This document shows, one piece after another, positions 1-13,079 of a stretch of DNA of 64,000 bases. Under the pieces are notes generated by a model that saw nothing but the letters and a program-made list of their open reading frames with translations, was not told where the DNA came from and did no database searches. The stretch is from Nitrospirota bacterium. Its GTDB lineage: Bacteria > Nitrospirota > Thermodesulfovibrionia > Thermodesulfovibrionales > Dissulfurispiraceae. How positions within the stretch are numbered: position 1 is the first letter of the stretch; each line of letters starts with the position of its first letter. The stretch is from positions 128,001 to 192,000 of the forward strand of contig CAVPZX010000005.1 of assembly GCA_963710375.1 (NCBI GenBank), given 5' to 3'. Made by a program: the position numbers and the translations under genes.

Positions 1-1428
1 TCCACCCTCTATCTCATTTCATTTGCTGTTCTGAAAAGCGATGAAAAAAAGAGGTTCATCGTCTGGTCGATTTGGCTGTTTTCTCTGTTTTCATGCTTAA
101 TCATCGTAAGAACTGATTTTATTATCGAGGGAGTACGTCGATTTTTCTGGGGATATTACCCGCAGTATACGGCCTGGGGCGGGGTATATTTAATTATTTA
201 TTGTATCCTGCTAGGATTGCCTTTATACGACCTCATACGGGAATATCCCCTGTCGCCACCCGGCAGTACTCAGCGTCTTCGTAATAAATCTTTTCTTATT
301 GCTTTTGGTGTGGGCAGCGCTGCCCTTGTTGATTTTGTTGCATGCTTCAATATCCCCGTATACCCATTTGGGTACATAGGGATATTTATAGCACTTTTAA
401 TCATGCTGGGGACTATCTCAAAGTACCGTCTCGTTGATATTACCCCGCGATTTGCAGCAGAAGGCGTCATTAATAGTATGAACGATGCACTTCTGGTCCT
501 GGATTCAGAAGGAATTGTTCGTCTGATCAATCATTCATCTGTCATCCTCTTTGGGTTACCGGAAACAGATTTATTGGGAAAACATATCAAGGATATAATT
601 TCTGATAATGATCTGCCTGATTTTAGCGTGCTTGTACGGAGGCATACTTTACCCAACCAGGAATTCTCTTATGTTCACCCTAAAAATGGAAACTTGGCGC
701 TCAGTATGTCTGTTTCGACTATGAGCAATATTCAGGGGCAGTTGCTCGCCATCGTATGCATTGCAAGGGATATTACCGACCGCAAACTGGCCGAACAGCA
801 GATAAAGCAATCTCTGAAAGAAAAAGAAGCGCTTCTCAGGGAAATCCATCACCGGGTAAAGAACAACTTGGCGATCGTTTCAAGCCTCCTTTCCTTGGAG
901 GCCAGAAAAATAAAGGACGCCGGTGTGAAATCCCTCTTTGAAGAAAGCCAGCAGAGGGTCAGGTCTATGGCCCTTGTTCATGAAAAGCTCTATCAGACAA
1001 AAGATTTATCATCCATTAATTTTGAAAGCTATATCAAGTCAATGGTTTTAGATATCATCAGCATGTACCGGATAGATACGAGTGCAATCACCACGGAAAT
1101 CAACATCAGGGATATCGAACTTGATCTGGAATCAGCCGTACCGTGCGGCCTGATAATCAACGAACTCCTCACAAATGCCTTCAAGCATGCTTTCCCTAAA
1201 AAAGGAAAGGGGGTATTAAGCATCAATTTTACAAAGACTGACGGCACTTACACACTGGCAATCAAAGACAATGGTATTGGTCTTCCGGAAGGTTTTGATT
1301 ATAAAGAGGCAGGCACCCTCGGACTTCAGCTTGTCAACATTTTAACAGACCAGCTTGGGGGAACCCTCGAAATCAAGTCTGACAAAGGAACAGAAGCAGT
1401 CGTTATGTTTAAAACCGAAAGGGAATAA
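1..1428 (+). CDS. Membrane-bound PAS sensor histidine kinase (HisKA_2/HWE-type), 5'-truncated by the window edge
   Basis: Frame is open from base 1. Hydrophobic N-terminal helices, a PAS-PAC region (ARDITDRK), H-box EIHHRVKNNL, and NELLTNAFKHAF / DNGIG / GTLGL ATP-binding motifs. Confidence 0.9.
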   Translation, partial: STLYLISFAVLKSDEKKRFIVWSIWLFSLFSCLIIVRTDFIIEGVRRFFWGYYPQYTAWGGVYLIIYCILLGLPLYDLIREYPLSPPGSTQRLRNKSFLIAFGVGSAALVDFVACFNIPVYPFGYIGIFIALLIMLGTISKYRLVDITPRFAAEGVINSMNDALLVLDSEGIVRLINHSSVILFGLPETDLLGKHIKDIISDNDLPDFSVLVRRHTLPNQEFSYVHPKNGNLALSMSVSTMSNIQGQLLAIVCIARDITDRKLAEQQIKQSLKEKEALLREIHHRVKNNLAIVSSLLSLEARKIKDAGVKSLFEESQQRVRSMALVHEKLYQTKDLSSINFESYIKSMVLDIISMYRIDTSAITTEINIRDIELDLESAVPCGLIINELLTNAFKHAFPKKGKGVLSINFTKTDGTYTLAIKDNGIGLPEGFDYKEAGTLGLQLVNILTDQLGGTLEIKSDKGTEAVVMFKTERE

Positions 1429-1441
1429 CAATGGAAACGCA

Positions 1442-1783
1442 CTAAGCCTCTGGAACGCCGCCTTCCATGGCAGTGACTATTATTTCTTCTGCTACGCCCA
1501 GCGCCTTTTCAGAAATGTGCTCAATAAGCTCATCGCTGGTTGTGGATTTAGCAAGATTGAAGAAGCCGTATTTTTCGAGGATGCCGATAAGTTGTTCGCA
1601 GTTTACTTTCTTTTCATCATACAGCAAAAGGGCGCTGCCGGTGGCAGTGTTGATCTTAAAGGATTGCATGCCATTTATTGTCCTCATACTTTTTGTAAAC
1701 TGGTCGATATTTTGCGGCTTGTCACGCAAGAATGGCGTACGTATTCTTATCCTGCCAGGCACGTGGTGAATGTAATATTCCAT
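1442..1783 (-). CDS. HMA2 (heavy-metal-associated-like) domain protein
   Basis: N-terminal YIHHVPGRIRIR and INTATGSALLLYD signatures; AAAGGA SD upstream. Confidence 0.7.
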   Translation of the reverse strand: MEYYIHHVPGRIRIRTPFLRDKPQNIDQFTKSMRTINGMQSFKINTATGSALLLYDEKKVNCEQLIGILEKYGFFNLAKSTTSDELIEHISEKALGVAEEIIVTAMEGGVPEA

Positions 1784-1846
1784 AGGCAGTATCCTTTTTC
1801 CTAATTATAATCTAAACGATCAATAAAAGAGCGACATTATTCCTTA

Positions 1847-2022
1847 ATGGGTAGTGGGCCGGTTTGTTTTTGCACTGTATCAATTAGCCGTTCAATTCAA
1901 TCACCGGCCTGTATTGAGCATTATCTGTGGTCGCCACTTCTATATATGTGGGCTCGGCGTTACTCGCCCACTACTGATAACCCAGGTGATACAGAGCAAA
2001 AACAAACCGGCCCACTACCCAT
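1847..2022. mobile_element. Palindromic MITE/REPIN-like element, family 1 copy A
   Basis: 36-bp terminal inverted repeat ATGGGTAGTGGGCCGGTTTGTTTTTGC(A/T)CTGTATCA with 1 mismatch; near-identical copy in the opposite orientation at 25008-25189. Confidence 0.85.
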
Positions 2023-2035
2023 CAATGCAGAGTCC

Positions 2036-2869
2036 TCACACGCTCAGAACTGGAATCTGCACCGCGCAAATGATTGAGTAGCCGTGGGTCCGCAGGTGAC
2101 CGCCATAAGGGTTACACCCGGTAACCAGCAAGTCCGCCTTGGTCTGCGCAGCAGCTTGCCTCAGCACCTTGGGCACGTCACCACTGCCGATAAATACGTC
2201 TGCCTTTATGCCAATGTCTCGCTGGAGTTCTGCGATATGCTCGGAAGCATAGCCGACAAGCACCTCTTTCCACTCTGGATTGACGGAGCTGCCACCAGGC
2301 CCCCAAATCTCGACCCCGGCAGTGACGTGAGCGAGCGTGAGACGGGCGCGAAATTCCGAGGCCAATTGCACGGCCCACGACACAGCTTTCTGATTATAGG
2401 GGCTGAAATCGACCGCGCACAGGATGTTACGGATCGCAAACCCCTGCACCGGCGATACTTCCACGTGTGCGTCGGTCCAAACCGGGCACTCGGTCCCATG
2501 TAGGACCTTCGCTGTCACAGAGCCCAGGAGAAACTGGCTGAACGTTTGTCCATAAGACGGCATCATGATCATGTGGGCTTTTTCCTCCTCAGCCGTCTCC
2601 ACGATTGCCCGGGCAGCACTGCCTTTGACCAACATGCGCTGAATGGTAAGGCCATCGAGCTCCGGCCCGAGAGAACGGTCCAGCATATCCCAACCAGCGC
2701 TCCCGGGGCCGTACTCCCGCACACCGCCGGGATGGGTCAGCTCTGTCACGACATGCAGCATCACGATCTCGGAATGGAAATGGCGCGCCAAAGCCGCAGC
2801 CTGGTGAATCACACGCAGCGAGATATTCGGGAAATCAACCGGAAGAAGAATTTTCTTAATATTCAGCAT
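2036..2869 (-). CDS. Universal stress protein with tandem USP domains
   Basis: IKKILLPVDF...LLGSVTAKVLH and IRNILCAVDFS...SIICAVQIPVLSV. Confidence 0.9.
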   Translation of the reverse strand: MLNIKKILLPVDFPNISLRVIHQAAALARHFHSEIVMLHVVTELTHPGGVREYGPGSAGWDMLDRSLGPELDGLTIQRMLVKGSAARAIVETAEEEKAHMIMMPSYGQTFSQFLLGSVTAKVLHGTECPVWTDAHVEVSPVQGFAIRNILCAVDFSPYNQKAVSWAVQLASEFRARLTLAHVTAGVEIWGPGGSSVNPEWKEVLVGYASEHIAELQRDIGIKADVFIGSGDVPKVLRQAAAQTKADLLVTGCNPYGGHLRTHGYSIICAVQIPVLSV

Positions 2870-2901
2870 CGCTCACCAGCCGGAGAGTCATACTCGACAC
2901 A

Positions 2902-2938
2902 TTAAGATTCCCTGCGGTCTTGCCGCAGGGAATCTTAA
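2902..2938. terminator. Perfect 16-bp hairpin, likely terminator of the NHL gene
   Basis: TTAAGATTCCCTGCGG-tcttg-CCGCAGGGAATCTTAA immediately after the stop of 2945..4306(-). Confidence 0.75.
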
Positions 2939-2944
2939 ATAAAA

Positions 2945-4306
2945 CTATGGCCAGATAGGACCGGTAATATATGTGCGGAACTGTGGTCCTGTTGCAGCTC
3001 CTTGCAAGAAAGTAACGGTGTTGCTGCCGTAATTGGCTACCCATATATTGTTTGACGCGTCAATGGCAATGGCAGATGGATTATTGCCGACTGTAAGGGT
3101 ATGAATCAACGAACTATCTGTTGGGCTTAACTGCATAATGGTGGTACCTGGCGTGGCGGTGGTGCCGTAATTTGCTATCCACACACTCCCCGCCGTGTCT
3201 ATTGCAACAGCGTCTGGAGCATTAATGCCGGTTGGTTGAAATACATTTACCACTGCCCCACCAGGGTTTAGCTGAGCAATGGTGTTACTCAACTGGTTAG
3301 TCACCCACAAAAAGTTCGATGGATCTATCGCAATGCTGGACGGCTCACTCTGATTGCTGCTGCCGGTTTTGTTGACTGCGAATTGGCCATATAAAGTCTC
3401 ATTGGAGTTTATCCCTGTAATAGTGTTGCCGGGAGCGGCAGCGGTGCCCATGTTTGCAATCCATGTGACCCATACAAAGTTCACGCCGCCCACCGCAATG
3501 CCTTTTGGCGCGGTGATGTCAGTTACGTATGTTGTTATCAAGTTCCCGGTGGAGCTTAACTCTGTAACGGTGTTGCTGCCCTGGTTTGTCACCCACACAA
3601 AGCTTGTTGGGTCTATGACAATGCTGGATGGATTAGTGCCAACTCCATTTGTGAAATTGCCTATCAGTGTTCCGCTGGAGTTAAACTCTGTAACGCTGTT
3701 GCTTCCGAAATTTGGCACCCACACATTGCCCGTGGCGTCTATGGCAATACCGGATGGATTAGTTATAGTGCCGCCGGCCGTATATGTATTTATCACCGAG
3801 CCGGTGGACATGCCGGCTGGGCACTTCGCTGTATTGCTGCCGCATAACTCTGTAACGTTGTTGCTTCCGTAATTTGAAACCCATATGTTGCCATTAGAAT
3901 CTATGGCAATGCCAGACGGATTAGTGCCGACGGGGTACGTGATGGGGCTAGGTACAGGTGACACTTGAAAGGCAGCTGACGCCGTGATGTTTGCTGATGA
4001 GGAGATGGTAATGGTAGTAGTGCCTGGTGCAAGGGTTGTAACAAGGCCGCTGCTGTTAACAGTTGCAACCGATGGATTGGATGAACTCCATGAAACCTGT
4101 GTGTTTTCATTAGCAACCACCCCGTTAGACTGTGAACCGGCGGCTTCAAACTGAATAGGAGTATTCACAAGCAAGTTTATATTATTTGGCGATAAGGTAA
4201 GGGACTCTATTGTAGTTTTTCCTCCACCACAACTCATGAATGCCGCAGCCATCATAAAACACAGACACAGTGCCAATACTGTTTTGAATCCCTTCCTAAT
4301 TTTCAT
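2945..4306 (-). CDS. Lipoprotein with a Big_2 Ig-like domain and NHL-repeat beta-propeller
   Basis: Lipobox AFMSC; VSWSSSNPSVATVNSSGLVT (Big_2); about 6 repeats of P-S-GIAID-x-GNIWV-N-GSN-VTE. Confidence 0.85.
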   Translation of the reverse strand: MKIRKGFKTVLALCLCFMMAAAFMSCGGGKTTIESLTLSPNNINLLVNTPIQFEAAGSQSNGVVANENTQVSWSSSNPSVATVNSSGLVTTLAPGTTTITISSSANITASAAFQVSPVPSPITYPVGTNPSGIAIDSNGNIWVSNYGSNNVTELCGSNTAKCPAGMSTGSVINTYTAGGTITNPSGIAIDATGNVWVPNFGSNSVTEFNSSGTLIGNFTNGVGTNPSSIVIDPTSFVWVTNQGSNTVTELSSTGNLITTYVTDITAPKGIAVGGVNFVWVTWIANMGTAAAPGNTITGINSNETLYGQFAVNKTGSSNQSEPSSIAIDPSNFLWVTNQLSNTIAQLNPGGAVVNVFQPTGINAPDAVAIDTAGSVWIANYGTTATPGTTIMQLSPTDSSLIHTLTVGNNPSAIAIDASNNIWVANYGSNTVTFLQGAATGPQFRTYITGPIWP

Positions 4307-4390
4307 TTTGCCCCTCCTATCACGCTGTCAACTGAAAGTTCAGTATGCATTATTTAAGTCGCTAAAAAAGGTCACAAGGTTACAACTTTC

Positions 4391-6022
4391 TCATACCTTG
4401 AACTGGGCCACCAGATTCTTCAGGTTAGTTGCCAGTTGCGCAAGGTCGGAAGCCGATTCGGCTATCTCATGGGAATTTGAAGAAGTCTCGTTCGCTACTT
4501 TTGCTACTGTTTCAACATCGCTGCTTACTGCCTCAGAAACAGTGGACATCTGCTCTGTTGCAGAAGCTACCTGATGCACCATTGACTGCAGACCCTCAAC
4601 GCTTTTTACAATTCTATGCAGGGCCTCTCCTGCTTTGGTAACATCATCAACACCTGAATCAACCTTGCCGGTCGCCTCACCCATGGAAGCCACAGCCTGA
4701 CTTACTTCATTCTGGATCGCCCCTATCATTTCTCCTATTTCTGACGTGGCCTTCGCAGTCCTCTCCGCCAACTTCCTCACTTCGTCTGCAACAACGGCAA
4801 AGCCCCTGCCTTGCTCACCTGCGCGTGCTGCTTCAATAGCCGCATTGAGAGCAAGCAGATTAGTCTGGTCAGCTATATCTTTAATGACACTTATTATCTC
4901 CCCTATTTGCTTTGAGCGTTCGCCCAGGGATGTGATAAGGCTGGAAGATTCCGCTACAGTACTGGCTATTTCCTTTACTTCCTGCACTGATATGCTGACT
5001 ATTTCCTCACCTTCTTTAGCTATCGAGGCGGTTTCTGTTGTCGAAGATGCTATATTGGAGGCGTTTTTAGCAACGTCCATGACTGTCTGCGACATCTCCG
5101 ATGAGGAAGCAGCTATTTGTGAGGCCCTCCCCGACTGTTCAGCCATGCCCCTGGACATTTGACCGGATTTTGCACTTAGTTGGCTGCTTGCAGTGGCGAC
5201 AGAATCTGCCGAGGTTTTCACGGCTGCAACAACATCATGCAGCTTTGCCGCCATCTTGCCCATTGCGGCAAGGAGTTGCCCTGTCTCATCCATGCTCTCA
5301 GATTCTACCTTTACGGTCAAATCGCCGTCTGCCAGTGCATTTGACATTTCTACAGTTTTTTTGAGGGGTTTTACTACGCCGCTGGTAAGGCAAACCGCTA
5401 TTGCTACAGCAGATGCGATTGCGATGATCCCGAGTATCATCATGTATATGGTAGTCCTTTTGTACTGTTTCGTGGCTTCTTCAAAGCGATATTTATTGCG
5501 CTCATTCTGATGTTCGGTTAAATTATCTACAGCTACCAACCAACTATGAACTGCCGGTCTTGTTTCGCTATTCAGGAAGTCAATTGCCTCGTCACTTTTG
5601 TTTGACTTAAGAAGATCAATGGCTTTATCCCTTGCCGGAATTGCACTTTCCTGCGCTGATTTGACGTTTGCAATTAATCCTAACCCTTTGGTATCTGCAC
5701 TGCTGGTTAGTGACTCAATTTCTTTCAGTTGTTGATTATATATGTCTTGCTGAGCGGAAATCGTTTCTTCCATTTTTTTCCATTCCCCACTATCTCTGGA
5801 CAAAAAGGCGGTGCGTAGTGCGATGCCGATTTCTCTCAGTGCATTTCCCAATTTGCTGGAGGCAATAAGCCTCTGGTCGTTGATAGTTACAATACGGGCC
5901 ATATCCTTGTGGATATTATTAGTGTTGACCATGCCGATCACCGAAATAACGATCATCAGGCCGAGCACAATTGCAAATCCAATCCCCAAACGCGCCCCTA
6001 TTTTCATATCATGAGGTCTCAT
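4391..6022 (-). CDS. Methyl-accepting chemotaxis protein (4HB sensor, HAMP, MCP signalling domain)
   Basis: [38 protein letters not shown]; start placed at ATG 6022 after AAGGGAG. Confidence 0.95.
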   Translation of the reverse strand: MRPHDMKIGARLGIGFAIVLGLMIVISVIGMVNTNNIHKDMARIVTINDQRLIASSKLGNALREIGIALRTAFLSRDSGEWKKMEETISAQQDIYNQQLKEIESLTSSADTKGLGLIANVKSAQESAIPARDKAIDLLKSNKSDEAIDFLNSETRPAVHSWLVAVDNLTEHQNERNKYRFEEATKQYKRTTIYMMILGIIAIASAVAIAVCLTSGVVKPLKKTVEMSNALADGDLTVKVESESMDETGQLLAAMGKMAAKLHDVVAAVKTSADSVATASSQLSAKSGQMSRGMAEQSGRASQIAASSSEMSQTVMDVAKNASNIASSTTETASIAKEGEEIVSISVQEVKEIASTVAESSSLITSLGERSKQIGEIISVIKDIADQTNLLALNAAIEAARAGEQGRGFAVVADEVRKLAERTAKATSEIGEMIGAIQNEVSQAVASMGEATGKVDSGVDDVTKAGEALHRIVKSVEGLQSMVHQVASATEQMSTVSEAVSSDVETVAKVANETSSNSHEIAESASDLAQLATNLKNLVAQFKV

Positions 6023-6201
6023 TTCAGCTCCCTTGGCTATAAGTACCCTTTTATTTTTTTTACTTTTATTGAAAGAAAGGTTGAATTTCTGGCCTATTAT
6101 ATCATATTCAGAGTTCAAATTAATTGGTGGCGCGTCAGGAATCCCGGGAGAAATACACCATGCAGAATCCCACCATGAATGCACAGTGAAAAGCAATTCC
6201 C

Positions 6202-6231
6202 TTGACTTGCCATTAATCTCTTGGATAAGAT
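6202..6231 (+). promoter_or_regulatory. Putative sigma70 promoter for rpiB-glyA-nrdR
   Basis: TTGACT-N18-TAAGAT. Confidence 0.45.
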
Positions 6232-6341
6232 AATAAATTCGGTCAAACGCCTCAAAATATCAAGCGCAAATGTCTTTTGGTGGCTCATGGCCTGCAAATC
6301 TATGATCGTCCAGGGGCTATGACCGGAGCCGTGGAGGGCAG

Positions 6342-6812
6342 ATGCTTATCGCAATTGGTTCAGATCACGCCGGGCTTGAAATGAAGAATGAAGTAATCGC
6401 TGTTCTGAAAGAGATGAGGCATGAGTATAAGGATTTTGGGACCGATACTGCGCAGTCTGTTGATTATCCTGACTTTGGAGAGATGGTGTCTCATGAAGTG
6501 TCACAGGGAAAAGCCGACCGCGGGATTCTGATATGCGGCACCGGAATCGGTATGTCCATTGTTGCAAATAAATTTCCCTATATCCGTGCAGCACTTTGCA
6601 ATGAACTGTTTTCTGCTAGAATGAGCAGACTCCATAATGATGCAAACATCCTTGTGCTTGGAGGCAGAATAATAGGCAAAGACCTTGCAAAAGAAATAGT
6701 GAAAACATGGATGGTCACTCCTTTTGAAGGGGGAAGACACGAAAACAGGCTGAAAAAAATACAGCTTATTGAGAAAAAAACAATAATGAAAGGGGATTCT
6801 CAGAACTCCTGA
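6342..6812 (+). CDS. rpiB: Ribose-5-phosphate isomerase B
   Basis: [33 protein letters not shown]. Confidence 0.97.
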   Translation: MLIAIGSDHAGLEMKNEVIAVLKEMRHEYKDFGTDTAQSVDYPDFGEMVSHEVSQGKADRGILICGTGIGMSIVANKFPYIRAALCNELFSARMSRLHNDANILVLGGRIIGKDLAKEIVKTWMVTPFEGGRHENRLKKIQLIEKKTIMKGDSQNS

Positions 6813-6843
6813 TTTTTCTGGGGATCAGATTAGGGGCCGTGCA

Positions 6844-8088
6844 ATGAATTGCGAGCAGCTTAAAAAGAGTGATCCTGAAATATTTGATGCAATTTACAAG
6901 GAAAAAGCGCGGGAACAAAGCAAAATACTCCTGATCGCTTCCGAGAATTACGCCAGCTGTGCGGTAATGGAAGCGCAGGGTTCTGTTCTTACCAACAAGT
7001 ATGCGGAAGGGTATCCCAATAAGAGGTATTACGGCGGCTGCGAATACGCTGATATTATTGAAAGGCTTGCTATCGAGCGGGCAAAGAAACTTTTCAACGC
7101 AGACCATGTAAATGTCCAGCCCCATTCAGGGACTCAGGCGAACATGGCAGTATTCTTCTCAGTCTTAAAGCCGGGAGATACCATCCTCGGAATGAGGCTG
7201 GACCACGGCGGACACCTGTCACACGGAGCATCGGTAAATTTTACCGGGATGCTCTATAATTCGTTCTCTTATGGGGTGAGCAGGGAAAGCGGATATATTG
7301 ATATGGATAGTGTGCGGACACTTGCTCTGCAGCATAAACCTAAAATGATTATTGTAGGGGCGAGCGCCTATTCGCGCATCATCGATTTCAAGCAGTTCTC
7401 GGAGATAGCGAAACAAACAGGCGCATATTTCCTTGCCGATATAGCCCATATCGCAGGACTGGTAGCAGCCGGCGAGCACCCTTCTCCACTGCCGTATGCA
7501 GATTTTGTAACCACCACCACGCACAAGACACTCAGGGGCCCCAGGGGAGGGATGATCATGTGCAAGGCGGATTATGCAAAGGCCGTTGATAAAATGATTT
7601 TCCCGGGAATACAAGGCGGCCCGCTGGCCCACGTGATCGCTGCAAAAGCTGTAGCCTTTAAAGAAGCGCTGTCCGCCGAGTTTGGAGGTTATCAGAAAAT
7701 GATGGTCGAAAACTCCCGCCGTCTTGCCGGAGGCCTTATCAAAAATGGGTTTAAAATCATATCCGGGGGTACCGACAACCACCTTATGCTGGTTGATCTG
7801 ACCGATACAGGCGTTACAGGAAAAGAGGCTGAAGAAGCACTTGACAGGGCAGGAATTACTGTGAACAAAAATGCTATACCCTACGATATCAAACCACCTG
7901 CCATCACCAGCGGGATCAGGTTGGGAACTCCCTGCGTAACTACAAGGGGAATGAGGGCGGCAGAAATGGACGAGATAGCCGATATAATAGCCGGCGTTTT
8001 AAAAAATATACAGGAACCGGCTGTCGCTGGTGTTATGAATAAAAGGGTGCAAGCCCTATGTGCCAAGTTTCCGATTTATTCCTCATGA
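6844..8088 (+). CDS. glyA: Serine hydroxymethyltransferase
   Basis: [31 protein letters not shown]-lysine motif. Confidence 0.98.
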   Translation: MNCEQLKKSDPEIFDAIYKEKAREQSKILLIASENYASCAVMEAQGSVLTNKYAEGYPNKRYYGGCEYADIIERLAIERAKKLFNADHVNVQPHSGTQANMAVFFSVLKPGDTILGMRLDHGGHLSHGASVNFTGMLYNSFSYGVSRESGYIDMDSVRTLALQHKPKMIIVGASAYSRIIDFKQFSEIAKQTGAYFLADIAHIAGLVAAGEHPSPLPYADFVTTTTHKTLRGPRGGMIMCKADYAKAVDKMIFPGIQGGPLAHVIAAKAVAFKEALSAEFGGYQKMMVENSRRLAGGLIKNGFKIISGGTDNHLMLVDLTDTGVTGKEAEEALDRAGITVNKNAIPYDIKPPAITSGIRLGTPCVTTRGMRAAEMDEIADIIAGVLKNIQEPAVAGVMNKRVQALCAKFPIYSS

Positions 8089-8555
8089 AATGTCCCTTCT
8101 GCGGAAGCATAGAGGACAAAGTGATCGATTCCCGGGCCGGCAAGGATGGAGAAGTAATCAGGAGGAGAAGGGAATGCCTTAAGTGCACGCAGCGGTTTAC
8201 CTCTTATGAGCGCGTCGAGGACCCGCTCCCCATGGTAATAAAAAAAGACGGCAGCCGTGAGTTTTTTGATAGCCACAAGATTATAACCGGCTTGAAGAAG
8301 GCCTGTGAAAAACGCCCGATACCTATTATAAAGCTTGAGGAAACCGAGAAGAACATCGAGAAGAAACTTATAGGATTGGGTGCGAAAGAGATAAGCAGTT
8401 CCTGGATAGGAGAGGAGATTATGTCCTCGCTCAAGGAGCTTGACAAGGTTGCCTACGTAAGGTTTGCTTCTGTTTACCGCCAATTTAAAGACATTAGTGA
8501 TCTGATGGAAGAAGTAAAAACATTATTTGACCATAAAGACAGCGGAAAACATTAG
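8085..8555 (+). CDS. nrdR: Transcriptional repressor NrdR
   Basis: MKCPFC...RRRRECLKC zinc ribbon, ATP-cone, [15 protein letters not shown] overlap with glyA. Confidence 0.97.
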   Translation: MKCPFCGSIEDKVIDSRAGKDGEVIRRRRECLKCTQRFTSYERVEDPLPMVIKKDGSREFFDSHKIITGLKKACEKRPIPIIKLEETEKNIEKKLIGLGAKEISSSWIGEEIMSSLKELDKVAYVRFASVYRQFKDISDLMEEVKTLFDHKDSGKH

Positions 8556-8606
8556 CATAAGGAAGACAGGAGAAGGGGAGCGCTTGTTTTTCGACGCGTT
8601 GAAAAC

Positions 8607-8769
8607 GTGAAACGTGAATAGTGAATGGTGAAAAATAAATAGTAAAAGCGAACAAAAAGTGTTAGAGACTCATTGTTTTTTTATTTTACTTTTCATTTAT
8701 TGCTTTATTTTTACGTCTCACTGTTTGTTCTTGTTTTTTTCTATTCACCCTTCACCTTTCACCATTCAC
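8607..8769. repeat. Heptamer tandem-repeat hairpin (GTGAANN)4 ... (NNTTCAC)4
   Basis: gtgaaac gtgaata gtgaatg gtgaaaa at 8607-8634; tattcac ccttcac ctttcac cattcac at 8742-8769. Confidence 0.85.
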
Positions 8770-8895
8770 CTTTTGCAGTGCCCCAGCCGATCCCTTCCAT
8801 ATGTGTGTTTTATTGAATTTGGTCTCCTGAAATGCTAATATAAACATTCGGCAGTTTTTTTAAATAAAACAGGTAATTAGTGAAAACAACGGGAA

Positions 8896-11165
<2,270 letters not shown>

Positions 11166-11167
11166 GT

Positions 11168-12397
11168 ATGGCGAGGAGAGATGATATTGCTGTAGGTATT
11201 AAAGATATACTCGGCAAGCTTACAATCGAAGATCTTCAGATAAAGGGGAAAAGGGTTTTCATCCGGGCGGATTTTAATGTGCCCCTTGATGACAATCTGG
11301 TTATTACTGATGACAGCAGAATACGCTCAACGCTTGCCACTATTAATTATGCTATTGATGAGGGGGCCAAGGTCATTCTTGCATCTCATCTGGGCAGGCC
11401 AAGGGGGAAGGTCGAGCCCCGTTTCAGCCTTGCACCTGTTGTTAAACGGCTGCACCGGCTATTGAATAAGGAAGTCGTGTTTGTTCCCGATTGCTTTGGC
11501 CCTCAGGCTGAAAATGCTGTATCGAAGATGAAAGAGGGGGATGTCATTCTCCTCGAGAACCTCCGGTTCCACCCTGAAGAAGAGAAAAATGATGAGGCCT
11601 TTGCAAAAAGCCTGGCGGGTCTTGCGGATTTTTTCGTAAACGATGCATTTGGCACTGCTCACCGCTCTCATGCTTCTACTGTGGGAATTACTAAGTTCCT
11701 CCCTTCCGCAGCCGGCTTCCTCATGAAAAAAGAGATTGAATACCTTAAAGGGGTAGTGGAGAACCCCGTGAGGCCGTTTGTTGCGATCTTGGGCGGAGCA
11801 AAGGTTTCGGGGAAGATAGGAGTGCTCGAAAATCTCGTCAGCAAGGTTGACAAGGTCATAGTCGGCGGCGGCATGGCCTATACTTTTATGGGGGCGATGG
11901 AATACGAGATCGGCGACTCACTTGTTGAGCCGGAGATGTTTGATCTCGCTAGAAGCATCATGGTAAATCTGAAGCACAATAATATTAAATTTTATCTGCC
12001 TGTTGACAGCGTAATTGCACAGACTATAGAGGCCGGCGCTGAAACTAAAATTGTCCCCACCCAGGAAATACCCAAAGGATGGCGCGCTCTCGACATCGGC
12101 CCGGCATCGGTGAAGCTTTTTTCAGAGGCGCTTCAGAATGCCAAGACTATCATCTGGAACGGCCCGATGGGGGTTTTCGAGATTGACGCGTTTTCGAGGG
12201 GAACATTTGCAATTGCCCATGCGGTAACTGATGCCTATGCGTTGACTATTGTCGGCGGCGGAGATACGGACTATGCTGTACATAAGGCTGGTGTCAGTGA
12301 TTCTATTACCTTTATTTCAACGGGCGGCGGGGCTTCTCTGCAGCTGCTGGAAGGCAAAAACCTCCCCGGCATATCGGCGTTGACCGATAAAAAATAA
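11168..12397 (+). CDS. pgk: Phosphoglycerate kinase
   Basis: RADFNVP, LENLRF, WNGPMGVFE, STGGGASL. Confidence 0.98.
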   Translation: MARRDDIAVGIKDILGKLTIEDLQIKGKRVFIRADFNVPLDDNLVITDDSRIRSTLATINYAIDEGAKVILASHLGRPRGKVEPRFSLAPVVKRLHRLLNKEVVFVPDCFGPQAENAVSKMKEGDVILLENLRFHPEEEKNDEAFAKSLAGLADFFVNDAFGTAHRSHASTVGITKFLPSAAGFLMKKEIEYLKGVVENPVRPFVAILGGAKVSGKIGVLENLVSKVDKVIVGGGMAYTFMGAMEYEIGDSLVEPEMFDLARSIMVNLKHNNIKFYLPVDSVIAQTIEAGAETKIVPTQEIPKGWRALDIGPASVKLFSEALQNAKTIIWNGPMGVFEIDAFSRGTFAIAHAVTDAYALTIVGGGDTDYAVHKAGVSDSITFISTGGGASLQLLEGKNLPGISALTDKK

Positions 12398-12398
12398 G

Positions 12399-12439
12399 CC
12401 GGGCACTCAAGCCGCTATGAAAGCATTTTGAGTGCCCGG
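12399..12439. terminator. Hairpin between convergent pgk and speD, likely bidirectional terminator
   Basis: CCGGGCACTCAA...TTGAGTGCCCGG. Confidence 0.7.
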
Positions 12440-12443
12440 GGTT

Positions 12444-12848
12444 TTAAGCCAGCTGGAGTTCAATATCACATACCTTATGAGGAAACTTCTTGTTGGTGTG
12501 TGATAATATGCCCCGCTTCAATTCAACAATAGAAGGGTTTTTACTTTTAAAACGGCTGATCAGGTAATTTGCTGCGACTTCAGGCCTGATAATATCCCCG
12601 CACGTGAAGATATCTACTGCAGCATATGCATATTCGGGCCAGGTATGTATGGAAAGATGTGATTCGGCTATCACCACCATACCGCTGATGCCGAATGGAT
12701 TAAACTCGTGGAAGGATACATCGATGATAGTTGCTTTCGCCTCCTTAGCAGCAGATACTAAGGCATTTTTGACCTTGCGCAGATCCTTCAGGATATCAGG
12801 ATCACAGTCTCTCAATTCCACCAAAAGATGGGTACCTAAAGCATTCAA
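12444..12848 (-). CDS. speD: S-adenosylmethionine decarboxylase proenzyme
   Basis: LGTHLLVE, IAESHLSIHTWPE self-cleavage motif, VDIFTCG; TTG start with strong SD. Confidence 0.93.
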   Translation of the reverse strand: MNALGTHLLVELRDCDPDILKDLRKVKNALVSAAKEAKATIIDVSFHEFNPFGISGMVVIAESHLSIHTWPEYAYAAVDIFTCGDIIRPEVAANYLISRFKSKNPSIVELKRGILSHTNKKFPHKVCDIELQLA

Positions 12849-13079
12849 TCCTCTCCCCCTTTGATTTAGAATCGAGGAAGCAAACCGCTCCTCAAGCTAT
12901 AAATCATACATGAAAATTTCCATTCTTGTCAATGAATATAAGTACACTTTGTTAGCTGCCCCAGTCCTCGTATTGAGATCAATTTGTAATATAATATACA
13001 AATAACTGGAAGTTGTCTATAAAAAAATGTAATTAGCGCTCGCGGCTGCGAACATACGAATGGAAAATGGAATTCGAAG

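Noticed and set aside
1950..1975. GCTCGGCGTTAC core as an integron attC site
   Set aside because: GTTACTC does not fit GTTRRRY, there is no matching RYYYAAC box, and no cassette array or integrase is present.
1847..2081. Short ORFs 1847..2077, 1854..2081 and the similar 24994..25341
   Set aside because: Their similarity comes from reading through the family 1 DNA repeat; no SD or protein family is recognisable.
6023..6200. c-di-GMP riboswitch upstream of the MCP
   Set aside because: No GEMM consensus elements recognised by eye.
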